Shown here piece after piece: positions 1 to 9,511 of a stretch of 51,226 nt of DNA (position 1 is its first letter; each line of letters opens with the position of its first letter). The DNA comes from an uncultured Candidatus Saccharibacteria bacterium (GTDB lineage Bacteria; Patescibacteriota; Minisyncoccia; UBA6257; 2-01-FULL-56-20), in NCBI GenBank assembly GCA_964555255.1, contig CAZKRG010000001.1, positions 1 to 51,226 on the forward strand. The letters run 5' to 3'. Under the pieces are notes generated by a model. The model saw nothing but the letters and a program-made list of their open reading frames with translations, ran no database searches and was not told the origin of the DNA. Made by a program: the position numbers and the translations under genes.

Positions 1-77
1 TTACTACCGCTCCGATCCGGATATGATCGAACTCTACGATCCGGATGTGGATGCGCTAGGATACGTGAGAACGAAAA

Positions 78-710
78 ATGAAAGCATTTAGAAACGGTTT
101 AGCAACAGGATTAATTCTTCAGCTAGCGGTTGGACCAGTGTTCTTTTTTATTATGAACTTAGTGCTGCAGAAATCATTTGTAGATGGTTTCGCTGGTGTA
201 ATTGCAGTAACTTTAGTTGACTACTTTTATATTTCACTTGCGATTCTGGGGATTGGGAAAGTATTAGAGAATAAAAAGTTTAAAAATATTTTTGGAATTA
301 TCAGTTCGATTGTTCTTGCAATCTTCGGAGTGGTGATCATAGGAAGTACTACTGACATCGAAACATCTTCGACTATAATTTCGACAAGTTTATTTTCAAG
401 CTTTCTCTCCGTCTTTCTGCTGACAATCTCAAGTCCGATGACTATAGTTTTCTTCACGAGTTTATTTACCGCAAAAGCTCTTGAATATAACTACACCCCA
501 AAAGAACTACTGACCTTTGGTCTCGGAACCGGATTCGCCACCTTTCTTTTTATGGGATTGTCCACGGTGATATTTTCTCTAATAAGAGGAGCGGTCCCAT
601 CATTATTGATCCAAATTCTAAACTTAATAATAGGAAGTCTACTAATTGGATATGGAACAGTAAGATTGGTAAAAGTTTTAAAACTTCCCACACAACATGA
701 ACACCGATAA
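78..710 (+). CDS. LysE/ArgO-family amino-acid exporter (multi-pass membrane protein)
   Basis: 210-aa hydrophobic ORF. N-terminus GLATGLILQLAVGPVFFF resembles the LysE/RhtB exporter signature. Locally AT-rich compared with the next genes. Confidence 0.65.
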   Translation: MKAFRNGLATGLILQLAVGPVFFFIMNLVLQKSFVDGFAGVIAVTLVDYFYISLAILGIGKVLENKKFKNIFGIISSIVLAIFGVVIIGSTTDIETSSTIISTSLFSSFLSVFLLTISSPMTIVFFTSLFTAKALEYNYTPKELLTFGLGTGFATFLFMGLSTVIFSLIRGAVPSLLIQILNLIIGSLLIGYGTVRLVKVLKLPTQHEHR

Positions 711-1248
711 ACCAATCCTCAAAGAACTGAACCAGCGCAAATCGGTGCGCGCGTTTCTGCCGAAAGAAATCGAACCGGAAAAATTGGAATGCCTTTGGGC
801 GGCAGCGCAGTGGGCGCCGTCGAGTTCCAACAAGCAAGAATGGCGCTACTATGCCGTGACCGGAAAAGAACGGGAAAAGTTCGCGGAGATTCTAACCCCC
901 GGAAACCACTGGGCACTCAAAGCTCCCCTCCTCCTCTGCGTCACCCGCGACACCTCAATTGAAAACAAAGTGGAAACGCGCGAGTACGGCACCTACGACG
1001 TAGCGCTCTCCGTAATGTCACTCGTCACCGAAGCCGAACACCAAGGCCTCCGCGCGCACCAGATGGCCGGATTTAAAGAAGAACCTTGCCGAGAAATTTT
1101 GAATATCCCCACGAACGAGTTTCCGCTCGTGATCGTCGCCGTGGGCTACGAAGGAAAAATAGAAGACCTCGATCCAGTGAATCAAGAAAAGGAACGCCGT
1201 CCACGCACCAGAAAGCCGATCGAGCAAGTGGTAAAATTCGTAAGGTAA
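697..1248 (+). CDS. Nitroreductase-family oxidoreductase
   Basis: 183 aa. RKSVRAFLPKEI...WAPSSSNKQEWRYYAV matches the nitroreductase N-terminal FMN-binding pattern. Start overlaps the upstream stop by 14 nt. Confidence 0.75.
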   Translation: MNTDKPILKELNQRKSVRAFLPKEIEPEKLECLWAAAQWAPSSSNKQEWRYYAVTGKEREKFAEILTPGNHWALKAPLLLCVTRDTSIENKVETREYGTYDVALSVMSLVTEAEHQGLRAHQMAGFKEEPCREILNIPTNEFPLVIVAVGYEGKIEDLDPVNQEKERRPRTRKPIEQVVKFVR

Positions 1249-1264
1249 GAATAGTGCGGAAAAA

Positions 1265-1858
1265 ATGGACATTAAATTTTACACCGGAATTATCGCGGGT
1301 ATTATCTCGCTGGTTTCCTACCTGATTTACTTCCGATCAATCCTCAAAGGTGAAACGAAACCAAATCGGGTTACCTGGTGGATATGGATTTTTATGGGCG
1401 CGGTACTAACCTCCAGTTACTACGCCTCAGGCGCCCGAGACACGATTTGGTCGCCGCTCGCTGAATTTTTAGGCCCGCTCGTCACCGCGATACTTGCGAT
1501 TAAGTATGACGAAGGAAATATGGCAGACAAAACTGATCTCGTGTGTTTTGCGGGAGGAATCGGAAGTCTCGTGCTGTGGGGAATCACCGGCGATCCTGCG
1601 CTCGCATTGGCGTTAAGCTTGCTCATTGATTTCTTTGCAATCGTACCCACGATGAAAAAATCATACGTGCGACCCAAGGGCGAGAGTTTCACCGCATGGA
1701 CCTGCACCAGTCTCGGCGATTTCTTAAATTTGCTCTCAGTAGAAACCTATACGTTCGTCATAATTCTCTATCCTGCTTGGATGCTCTTCACCGATCTCAT
1801 CATCGTAGGTCTCTTGGGAAGAAAGCAAAAACCGAAGCGACGTGTCGCGTTGGCGTAA
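1265..1858 (+). CDS. Integral membrane protein, unknown function
   Basis: 197-aa ORF with about 6 predicted hydrophobic helices. No motif I can name. Confidence 0.5.
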   Translation: MDIKFYTGIIAGIISLVSYLIYFRSILKGETKPNRVTWWIWIFMGAVLTSSYYASGARDTIWSPLAEFLGPLVTAILAIKYDEGNMADKTDLVCFAGGIGSLVLWGITGDPALALALSLLIDFFAIVPTMKKSYVRPKGESFTAWTCTSLGDFLNLLSVETYTFVIILYPAWMLFTDLIIVGLLGRKQKPKRRVALA

Positions 1859-1861
1859 CTC

Positions 1862-2614
1862 CTACCCCGCGAGCCGCACAATAATATAGAGCATGAGCAT
1901 CCCCGCAATCGTCATATACGTGGTGAACCGCACCGGATGCGCGTGATGACTTTCGGGAATGAGATCACTCGCGCCGATGTAAAGGAAAAATCCCGCGAAG
2001 AGTGCGAGGAAAAGCGCCAGAGTTTCTTGAGGCACGGCGAAAAAGAATGTCACTGTGACTCCAAGCACGGGCGCCAAGGCGTCCACAAAAAGCCAGCGCA
2101 TGGCACGCGCACGATCTCCGGCATTTTTTAAAATCATATTCACCGTATTGATGCCGTCCGAGAAATCATGGGTGAGTACCGCCGCTGCCACGACCACTCC
2201 CACCGCTGCCGATACTTGGAACGCCAACCCAATACCGATCCCATCCAAAAAACTGTGGAACGAGAGACTCCCCGCACCCGCAGTGCCACGAGGGTGTATG
2301 TGGTGGATATGCTCCTCTCCCTCATGCACATGTCCGTGGAGGAGCACTAGCCGATCCACCATCAAGTAAAAAATAAATCCGAGCGCGGTGAGAGAAAGGA
2401 TCGTCGCGGGACTATAAAAACGGTCACCAAGTTCCACGGCTTCGGGAAGTATATCGAAAAAAGCCACGCCCACAATCGCGCCGGCACTGAATCCTAAAAT
2501 AAGATGGAGTTTATCACGCAACCGAAGCGCGAACACTCCTCCGAGAAACGTCGCTGCAAAGGCGGCAACCGCTATCCAAAACACTGAGGGCATATCTCTA
2601 TAATACCACTCCAT
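1862..2614 (-). CDS. zupT: ZIP-family divalent metal transporter (ZupT-like)
   Basis: 250 aa. His-rich loop HGHVHEGEEHIHHIH, HDFSDG and HHAHP motifs, 8-TM-like profile typical of ZIP/ZupT. Confidence 0.8.
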   Translation of the reverse strand: MEWYYRDMPSVFWIAVAAFAATFLGGVFALRLRDKLHLILGFSAGAIVGVAFFDILPEAVELGDRFYSPATILSLTALGFIFYLMVDRLVLLHGHVHEGEEHIHHIHPRGTAGAGSLSFHSFLDGIGIGLAFQVSAAVGVVVAAAVLTHDFSDGINTVNMILKNAGDRARAMRWLFVDALAPVLGVTVTFFFAVPQETLALFLALFAGFFLYIGASDLIPESHHAHPVRFTTYMTIAGMLMLYIIVRLAG

Positions 2615-2619
2615 TCCCC

Positions 2620-2672
2620 GTCTTGCGATGTCCCCAAATTCCCCTCATATTTTTTTTCGGACATCGCAAGAC
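2620..2672 (-). promoter_or_regulatory. Perfect 14-bp inverted repeat in the zupT 5' leader
   Basis: gtcttgcgatgtcc (2620-2633) and ggacatcgcaagac (2659-2672) with a 25-nt spacer. The hairpin ends 6 nt before the zupT ATG (2614) and would overlap the RBS. Confidence 0.35.
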
Positions 2673-2929
2673 TAAAAATTTGCTTTTCCTGCTTACTCTG
2701 ATTCCGAAAGATGTTTTTCACACGAACACTGCAACCGCCACCCGGAAAAATAGGAAGCATAAGGATCATTCGGCACATAGCGCACTTCACACCACCATAT
2801 CGGTCGAGACCATACCGGTTCTGAAACCACCGGATCCTCTCTCCTAAAGAACACGCGCGCTTTCTTTAAGGTAGTCCACATGTCCTCGATTATCTTTATC
2901 TTGAGTGAAAGTACAGTTAAAATAGATGT

Positions 2930-3319
2930 ATGGACTGGAATACAGTGGAAAATGAAGTAGCCGCACTCAGAGAGAAAATTACTATTCATCCCGAGGTGCT
3001 TGTAGGCATCGTACGAGGCGGCGTAGTACCAACCCGGCTACTCTCAAACCACCTTAACGTACCCACGATGTACTGCATTTCAGTGGAAAAGCGAAAACAC
3101 ATACTCACGGAAATAATAGAAAATCTGGAGGGGAAAATGGTGCTACTCATTGAGGACGCGATCGATACAGGAAGAAACCTCATCATGGTCAAAAAATATC
3201 TGGAGGGAAAAGGAGCCACAGTCAAAACCGCTTGCCTCTACACTACTTCCCGCTCCGAAATTGCACCGGACTATTTCCTGCGACAAGTAGATTCCATCCC
3301 GGAATTTCCGTGGGAATAA
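2930..3319 (+). CDS. Phosphoribosyltransferase (purine PRTase-like)
   Basis: 129 aa. PRPP-binding motif VLLIEDAIDTGRNL and IVRGGVVP loop. Confidence 0.7.
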   Translation: MDWNTVENEVAALREKITIHPEVLVGIVRGGVVPTRLLSNHLNVPTMYCISVEKRKHILTEIIENLEGKMVLLIEDAIDTGRNLIMVKKYLEGKGATVKTACLYTTSRSEIAPDYFLRQVDSIPEFPWE

Positions 3320-3324
3320 GTCAA

Positions 3325-3370
3325 AAAGGGGCGCGGGGCAAAAGCGGCGCACCCCTTTATATTTATTTGT
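3325..3370. terminator. Likely bidirectional intrinsic terminator
   Basis: aaaggggcgc...gcgcacccctttat stem (one C/A mismatch), followed by a T-rich tract and preceded by an A tract. Lies between convergent ORFs. Confidence 0.5.
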
Positions 3371-3485
3371 CTTTTTCCGAAGGTTCCCAGTCCTCACCTC
3401 CTAAATCTGAAGTGCCTCTACAAAACCAATTGGCAAACCAGAAAAAAGCGACGATAACCGCTACTGCCAACAATATCCATTTCAA
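3363..3485 (-). CDS. Candidate 40-aa small membrane protein (not in the ORF track)
   Basis: TTG start 9 nt after an AAGGAGG Shine-Dalgarno. Translation (M)KWILLAVAVIVAFFWFANWFCRGTSDLGGEDWEPSEKDK has one TM helix and an acidic tail. Confidence 0.3.
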   Translation of the reverse strand: MKWILLAVAVIVAFFWFANWFCRGTSDLGGEDWEPSEKDK

Positions 3486-3592
3486 GGTGCATCACCTCCT
3501 TTCTTAAGAAAACCCTACCATCAAAACCACTAGAAATCCACCTATTTCCATGCTAGAATACAAACGTGCCCAAAGGGCTTTTTTCATGATTC

Positions 3593-5626
3593 ATGGCTAA
3601 AAAAGAAGATAAAGAAAAAGCAAAATCCTCCTACGGCGCCAAGGACATTCAGGTGCTCGAAGGGTTGGAACCCGTCCGCAAACGGCCGGGAATGTACATC
3701 GGCTCCACGGGCACCGATGGCTTCCATCACCTCATCTGGGAAATCGTCGACAACTCGATCGACGAAGCGATGGCGGGCCGGGCAAAAAATATCACCGTAG
3801 AACTTTTGAAGGATGGCAAAGTGAGCGTTACGGACGATGGCGCCGGAATTCCGGTAGAAACTCATCACCAAACAAAGAAGTCCACGCTCGAGACAGTCAT
3901 GACCACCCTCCACGCGGGAGGCAAATTCGGCGGAGAATCCTACAAAGTCTCCGGAGGATTGCATGGCGTGGGTGCCTCGGTAGTGAATGCACTTTCGGAA
4001 CATCTCGTGGCGGAAGTGTGGCGCGATGGCGGCCACTTTATTCAAGAGTATAAACGCGGGATACCGACGGCAAAAGTGAAAAAGGTGGGGAGCGGCGATC
4101 ACACCGGCACAAAAGTCACGTTCTTCCCCGATGCGCAAATCTTCTCGGAACGGGAATGGAATCCGAAGCGGATTATGGATCACTTGCGCCAGCAGGCGTA
4201 CCTCACGAAAGGAGTACGCATCAATTTCTATGACTGGCGCGGAGAATTCCCACTCTTCTATGGTTTCTACTTTGAAGGTGGTCTCCTCTCCTTTGCAAAA
4301 CATCTCACGCGCAACAAAAAAACATTACAGGAAGAAGTATTCCATGTAATAAAAACCCAAAACAACATCGAGATTGAAGCCGCATTTCTTTACGTCGACG
4401 ACACCAAAACCGAAGAACTTTCTTTTGCAAACAACATCTACACTCCCGATGGCGGTATGCATCTCACGGGCTTCCGCTCCGCCTTGACCCGAACCTTAAA
4501 CAACTACGCCCGCGCGGAAGGATACCTCAAGGAAAAAGAAGAGAATTTTACCGCAGATGACGTGCGCGAGGGTCTCGTCGCCGTCCTCTTAGTGAAACTC
4601 CGCGAACCGCAGTTCGAAGGGCAAACAAAAGCCCGCCTCGGAAATCCCGAAGCCCGCACCGCAAGCGAAGCAGTCATCAACGAGAGTCTCAAAGAATTTC
4701 TCGAACGCCATCCGCAAGAAGCGCGCCATGTGGTGGAAAAAGTACTCCTCACTGCCAAAGCAAGAATTGCCGCAAAAGCCGCCAAAGAAACCGTGCTTCG
4801 CAAAGGCGCCCTCGAGGGACTCACCCTTCCTGGCAAACTTGCCGATTGCACTTCGAAGGACCCGAGCGAATCTGAACTCTTTATTGTAGAGGGAGATTCC
4901 GCCGGCGGTTCGGCTAAGCAAGGCCGCGAACGGCGCACCCAAGCAATCTTCCCCCTCCGCGGGAAACCATTAAATGTAGAACGCGCCCGGATGGACAAAA
5001 TGCTTGCAAACAATGAAATTCGCTCGCTCGTCATCGCTATCGGTACTGCAATCGCGGAAGAATTTAATATGACGAGTCTCCGCTATCACAAAATAATTCT
5101 TATGAGTGATGCGGACGTAGACGGCGCGCACATCCGCACACTTCTTCTCACGCTCTTCTATCGCCACTTCCGCCCTGTGGTAGAAGGAGGATTCCTCTAC
5201 ATCGCCCAACCTCCTCTCTACCGCCTCCAAAGAGGAAAAGAAATTCAGTACGCATGGAGCGACACTCAAAAAGATAAAATTTTAAAGGAGCTCACAGATG
5301 CAAAAGCAGCAAAAGGAGGGAAGGTAAAGAAGGTGGAAGCTCCTGCGGATCAAGAACAAGAAGCTGAGGGCGGACCCTCAGATTCGGAGGGTGGAGAAAA
5401 GATCGCGGGAGTGAATGTGCAACGGTACAAAGGATTGGGAGAAATGAACCCCGAACAACTCTGGGAAACCACCATGAATCCCGAGCACCGTACCCTCCGG
5501 CAAGTGAGTGTCGCAGATGCAGAAGAAGCCGATCATCTTTTTGACATTCTTATGGGCGACGAAGTGGAACCGCGCAAAAAATTCATCCAAACGCACGCAA
5601 CTTCGGTACAAAACCTTGATATATAA
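3593..5626 (+). CDS. gyrB: DNA gyrase subunit B
   Basis: 677 aa. GHKL ATPase motifs (LEGLEPVRKRPGMYIGS, HLIWEIVDNSIDEA), Toprim EGDSAGG and PLRGKPLNV, C-terminal QRYKGLGEMNPEQLWETTM. Confidence 0.97.
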   Translation: MAKKEDKEKAKSSYGAKDIQVLEGLEPVRKRPGMYIGSTGTDGFHHLIWEIVDNSIDEAMAGRAKNITVELLKDGKVSVTDDGAGIPVETHHQTKKSTLETVMTTLHAGGKFGGESYKVSGGLHGVGASVVNALSEHLVAEVWRDGGHFIQEYKRGIPTAKVKKVGSGDHTGTKVTFFPDAQIFSEREWNPKRIMDHLRQQAYLTKGVRINFYDWRGEFPLFYGFYFEGGLLSFAKHLTRNKKTLQEEVFHVIKTQNNIEIEAAFLYVDDTKTEELSFANNIYTPDGGMHLTGFRSALTRTLNNYARAEGYLKEKEENFTADDVREGLVAVLLVKLREPQFEGQTKARLGNPEARTASEAVINESLKEFLERHPQEARHVVEKVLLTAKARIAAKAAKETVLRKGALEGLTLPGKLADCTSKDPSESELFIVEGDSAGGSAKQGRERRTQAIFPLRGKPLNVERARMDKMLANNEIRSLVIAIGTAIAEEFNMTSLRYHKIILMSDADVDGAHIRTLLLTLFYRHFRPVVEGGFLYIAQPPLYRLQRGKEIQYAWSDTQKDKILKELTDAKAAKGGKVKKVEAPADQEQEAEGGPSDSEGGEKIAGVNVQRYKGLGEMNPEQLWETTMNPEHRTLRQVSVADAEEADHLFDILMGDEVEPRKKFIQTHATSVQNLDI

Positions 5627-5682
5627 TGCAACTTATAATGAATAACATTCTTTTTCATAAGTCATAAGTACTTGTATTTTTA

Positions 5683-5715
5683 GAGTTATGATGATATAAA
5701 GAACCATCATAACTC
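5683..5715 (+). terminator. 11-bp perfect hairpin downstream of gyrB
   Basis: gagttatgatg (5683-5693) and catcataactc (5705-5715), followed by ctttctt. A plausible gyrB terminator just upstream of secE. Confidence 0.4.
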
Positions 5716-5729
5716 CTTTCTTAGGTATA

Positions 5730-5915
5730 ATGAGTAGATTAAAAAAATTTTTACAGGAATCTCGCGAGGAATTCCGGCATGTAAACTGGCCCACGCGCCA
5801 AGAAGCAACCCGCCTCACTACCATCGTAGTAGGACTCTCCGTAGGACTCTCGGCATTCCTCGGATTTTTCGATTTTGTGTTTACCACGGTCGTGCGAACA
5901 ATCATTACGCGTTAA
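5730..5915 (+). CDS. secE: Preprotein translocase subunit SecE
   Basis: 61 aa. ESREEFRHVNWPTRQEA followed by a single TM helix. Canonical position directly upstream of nusG. Confidence 0.85.
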   Translation: MSRLKKFLQESREEFRHVNWPTRQEATRLTTIVVGLSVGLSAFLGFFDFVFTTVVRTIITR

Positions 5916-5938
5916 TCACTAATTATTAACAATACACC

Positions 5939-6496
5939 ATGCCTAAACTCGAAGCCCAACAAGAAAACGGGAAGCGAGAATGGTACGCTGTCCAAACATA
6001 CTCTGGATATGAAGAAGCAGTTGCACGCTACTTGAAACAGCGCATCGAATCGCTCACTATGAGCGATAAGATATTTAATGTAATCGTTCCTAAAGAAAAG
6101 AGGATCAGAGTAAAAAGTGGCCGCCGTCAAACTATTGAGGAAAAAATCTATCCAGGATACGTACTCGTGGACATGATCCTCACCGAAGATTCCTGGTATG
6201 TAGTGCGAAACACCCCCCGCGTGACCGGATTTGTAGGTCCCGACAACACGAAACCCACCCCTCTCTCAAAAACAGAGGTGGAATCCTTGCTTTCGCGCAT
6301 CGGCAAAGACGAAAATAAATTTACAATGGATCTTAAAATAGGAGATCTCATAAAAATTATCGACGGCCCATTCAAAGAGTACGATGGTAAAATTGCAGAA
6401 GTGGATGAAACGCGGAATCGCGTGAAAGTGATGGTGCCCATCTTCGGTCGAGATACCGCAGTCGAGCTTGATTCCTTGCAAGTCAAGAAACTTTGA
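5939..6496 (+). CDS. nusG: Transcription termination/antitermination factor NusG
   Basis: 185 aa. WYAVQTYSGYEE NGN domain and C-terminal KOW (GDLIKIIDGPFKEYDGKIAEVD). Confidence 0.95.
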   Translation: MPKLEAQQENGKREWYAVQTYSGYEEAVARYLKQRIESLTMSDKIFNVIVPKEKRIRVKSGRRQTIEEKIYPGYVLVDMILTEDSWYVVRNTPRVTGFVGPDNTKPTPLSKTEVESLLSRIGKDENKFTMDLKIGDLIKIIDGPFKEYDGKIAEVDETRNRVKVMVPIFGRDTAVELDSLQVKKL

Positions 6497-6608
6497 TGGG
6501 AAATAAAAAAGAAAAGGTCAAAAAGAAAGAATATGAAGCTTCGTCCCGAAAGAGCTTCTAAAATTAACCCTCTTTACTTTTTTCTATTTACTATTTACAT
6601 TTCCTCCC

Positions 6609-6812
6609 ATGGCGCAACAGTGCTTTTTCTGCTCCCAAAATTTGAAAACAATCGATTATAAAGAAATCGATCTTTTGAAACGATTTATCTCGAGTCAGGC
6701 AAAAATCATCGACCCCAAACACACGGGAATCTGTGCCTCGCACCAACGAAAGCTCGCGGAAGCCATCAAACGCGCACGCTTCATGGCACTCCTCCCCTTC
6801 GTGCGAAGATAA
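6609..6812 (+). CDS. rpsR: 30S ribosomal protein S18
   Basis: 67 aa. IDYKEIDLLKRFISSQAKIIDPKHTGICASHQRKLAEAIKRARFMALLPF is the S18 core. Confidence 0.9.
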   Translation: MAQQCFFCSQNLKTIDYKEIDLLKRFISSQAKIIDPKHTGICASHQRKLAEAIKRARFMALLPFVRR

Positions 6813-6845
6813 AACCGAAAATAGCACTCTTTCTCCCAAGATGAT

Positions 6846-7406
6846 ATGAATGAAGCCCTCGCACAATGGCTTTTCAATGCAAGCTTTAAGAACAGCTTCC
6901 TAGATTTTTTCATAATATTTTTTTCGAACTATTTTCCCTATCTTATCGGTCTCGGATTTCTAACATTTCTCGCGGTTAAAGAACGCGGCCGCAAACGCCT
7001 TTTTATACTCCTCGAGACTACACTCACCATACTTCTCTCACGAGGAATACTCACTGAAGCCATCCGCTTTTTTCATCCTGTGGCACGCCCCTTCCAGGTT
7101 TGGCAAGTCACCCCCTTAGTTCACGAAACACTCAATACCTCATTTCCTTCTGGACATGCTACCTTTTTCTTTGCACTCGCAACCACCCTCCTTTTTTACA
7201 ACCGCACATGGGGAAGTTGGTTTCTTCTCTTCGCAATTATGAATGGGATTGCGCGTGTTACAGCGGGAGTGCATTGGCCATTAGACATCGTAGGGGGTGC
7301 GGGAATTGGCATAGTTTCCAGTCTCGTAATCAACCTTCTTCTCCACAATTCATGGAAAATGCTCACATATAAAACTGATTCACTGTCCAAAAAAGAGCTG
7401 ATGTAA
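6846..7406 (+). CDS. PAP2-family lipid phosphatase (undecaprenyl-diphosphatase-like)
   Basis: 186 aa membrane protein with PAP2 motifs SFPSGHATFFF and ARVTAGVHWPLDIVGG. Confidence 0.8.
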   Translation: MNEALAQWLFNASFKNSFLDFFIIFFSNYFPYLIGLGFLTFLAVKERGRKRLFILLETTLTILLSRGILTEAIRFFHPVARPFQVWQVTPLVHETLNTSFPSGHATFFFALATTLLFYNRTWGSWFLLFAIMNGIARVTAGVHWPLDIVGGAGIGIVSSLVINLLLHNSWKMLTYKTDSLSKKELM

Positions 7407-7949
7407 TCGGACCCTCGCAGAAGAATCGAAACGCGCGCGAAGGAGATCCAGTTTTAAATCCCGATCGTGGAAGCGCGGCTCATTTGCGAGCGCGAGAAAC
7501 TCCTCAAAAGAGATGGGGAGAATTGTTATCTTTTCACCCGGATCAAGATGGGGAACCTGTTGCGGCACGCAATTTCGAGCAATATACACAGAGATAGTCC
7601 AATCAATTTTTCCTACCGGCTGCTGCTCGTTCCATAATTCCCAATCTTTAGAAACATATCCCAGCTCTTCGAGCAATTCCCGCTGCGCGGCGGCTAATGA
7701 ACGTTCCCCCTTCTCCACACGCCCCCCGGGAAGAGCGAGGTACGGCCTCACCGAATCCGGCTGCTCCTCTTCTATAATCAAAATTTTTTCCCCGACGGTA
7801 GCAATAACCTCCACCGTATCTGGACGCTTCAGTTTCTCGAACGTAGCGGTAGTGCCATCATACATCTTTTGCTCCCATTGCCATACCTCAAAAATTTCTC
7901 CCTGAAACACACACTTCGCCTGCGGGGGAATCTTTTTTTTAGACATCAT
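7380..7949 (-). CDS. NUDIX hydrolase
   Basis: 189 aa. Nudix box GGRVEKGERSLAAAQRELLEELG. Confidence 0.8.
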   Translation of the reverse strand: MMSKKKIPPQAKCVFQGEIFEVWQWEQKMYDGTTATFEKLKRPDTVEVIATVGEKILIIEEEQPDSVRPYLALPGGRVEKGERSLAAAQRELLEELGYVSKDWELWNEQQPVGKIDWTISVYIARNCVPQQVPHLDPGEKITILPISFEEFLALANEPRFHDRDLKLDLLRARFDSSARVRLHQLFFGQ

Positions 7950-8389
7950 TTTTTAACCTTCTTGTTTTTCTCAAGTCCTCCAAAAAATTCATTGAAAATT
8001 TGTGTAAGCTCATCGATGACAATATAGGGTGCCACTCGGAAATTCGGATTCCCCGCAATCATGGGGGAAAGATTCCTATCGTCATGCTCGCGGAAGAGAC
8101 ACAACACTAGCTTTCGCAAACTTTCTGCACACCGAAGCTCATATCCCACCCCCAGACTCGCGGTCGTCACCTCGGCCACAATTACATCTGCCTCCTCCAA
8201 CCAGCGCATATCGCGATCGTAAATCTCCTCATCACTGATATTGGTCTCTTTCCCCTCTTCGGTAAACCGTCCAGCTTCTACGTGTTCAGTTACCACCTCA
8301 CCATATTTTCGGAGCAAAGGAATAATTTGGAGATACCATTGCCGATCTCCTCGACCTCCTCGGATTGCTGCAATAAAATAAATTTTCAT
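7946..8389 (-). CDS. 2'-deoxynucleoside 5'-phosphate N-hydrolase (DNPH1/Rcl-like, nucleoside 2-deoxyribosyltransferase fold)
   Basis: 147 aa. IYFIAAIRGGRGDR...EHV...DMRWLEEADVIVAEVTTASLGVGYEL...LCLF is collinear with the DNPH1 family core as I recall it. Confidence 0.8.
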   Translation of the reverse strand: MKIYFIAAIRGGRGDRQWYLQIIPLLRKYGEVVTEHVEAGRFTEEGKETNISDEEIYDRDMRWLEEADVIVAEVTTASLGVGYELRCAESLRKLVLCLFREHDDRNLSPMIAGNPNFRVAPYIVIDELTQIFNEFFGGLEKNKKVKK

Positions 8390-8437
8390 CCTTGTGCTAT
8401 AGTTACTCCATTTCCCAAAGGTGTCAACTGAAAAACA

Positions 8438-9490
8438 CTATCTCTCCTTCCCCCCTCCCAATCGCTGCAGAATATTTTTAAGCTCTTCCGGAGAATAGAA
8501 AAGAATGGTAATTTTCCCCCCCATCTCACTCTGTGCAATCTTCACGGGAGTACCCAACTCTGCTGATAACTGCTCCTCAAGCGTAATAAACTCTGGAGAA
8601 AGTATGGAGGTTTTTTTTTCTTGAGATGCCACTTCTAATATTCCTACTCCCTGATTCCGTACCGCAATGCGCTGGCGCAATTCTCGGGTGGTAAAATGCC
8701 TATCTAGAAGATCTCGGAACAATTTCTCTTGTGTTTCTGGATCCATCACTGCAAGAAGGAGACGCGCATGGCTTTCGCTAATCTCCCCCTTACTCACCGC
8801 TTCTTGAATATAAGAGGGAAGATCGAGAAGCCGAAGGGTGTTCGCAACTACCTCGCGGCTCTTCCCTAAACGAGTGGCAATTTCTCGCTGGGTAAGGCGA
8901 AATTCGTCTTGCAAGCGCGCAAATGCGCGGGCCATCTCCAGAGGATTAAGATTTTCCCGCTGGATGTTTTCAATAACTGCCATTTCAAGCCGATCCCGTT
9001 CAGCTTCTATGGTACGCACAATCGCGGGAACCCGCGGAAGCCCCAAGCGCTTCGCCGCCATAAGACGACGCTCCCCTGCAATCAATTCGTAGGAAACGGA
9101 AATACCACTCAGAGTCTCTCGTTCCACCTTCGTCACTACAAGCGGCTGGAGAATTCCAAATTCCCGGATGGACTGCGCAAGTTCAAGAAGCGGTCCCTCC
9201 TCAAACTCCTTCCGAGGCTGGTGCGGGTTGGGAGCAATTTTATCGGTTTCAATTTGAAATATTGCGAACTGTCCACTACGTTCCGCATGTGTTTCGCTGG
9301 GACGCTCAGAATGCGTAACAACGGGAGCTACGAGTGGAGGAGTAGAAGAAGCCTCTTGGGAAAATCCCAATGCCGCCGAGAAATTGGGCTGCTGCGGAAG
9401 CGCCTGCTGCGCTTCTGGTTCTCCCGGGGGAAGCTTCGGCTCTTCCGGATCCGACGGGGGTATAAGTGATTCTAATCCTTTACCCAACAT
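8438..9490 (-). CDS. parB: Chromosome partitioning protein ParB/Spo0J
   Basis: 350 aa. ParB box motifs IAPNPHQPRKEF, GILQPLVV, LIAGERRLMAAKRLGL and an HTH (TQREIATRLGKSREVVANTLRLL). Confidence 0.9.
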   Translation of the reverse strand: MLGKGLESLIPPSDPEEPKLPPGEPEAQQALPQQPNFSAALGFSQEASSTPPLVAPVVTHSERPSETHAERSGQFAIFQIETDKIAPNPHQPRKEFEEGPLLELAQSIREFGILQPLVVTKVERETLSGISVSYELIAGERRLMAAKRLGLPRVPAIVRTIEAERDRLEMAVIENIQRENLNPLEMARAFARLQDEFRLTQREIATRLGKSREVVANTLRLLDLPSYIQEAVSKGEISESHARLLLAVMDPETQEKLFRDLLDRHFTTRELRQRIAVRNQGVGILEVASQEKKTSILSPEFITLEEQLSAELGTPVKIAQSEMGGKITILFYSPEELKNILQRLGGGKER

Positions 9491-9511
9491 AGATATTGTA
9501 ATTCTACGCTA

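Noticed and set aside
3584-5611. Long antisense and alternative-frame ORFs within gyrB (239 aa, 176 aa and others). The same applies to such ORFs within ligA, clpB, pilB and gatA.
   Set aside because: Each overlaps a strongly conserved gene in another frame and lacks any recognisable motif. They are treated as shadow ORFs.
6497-6608. nusG followed by rpsR instead of rplK-rplA, and a 21-codon Lys-rich ORF overlapping the nusG stop
   Set aside because: The gene-order difference cannot be interpreted from one window. The mini-ORF has no RBS and no recognisable ribosomal-protein signature.
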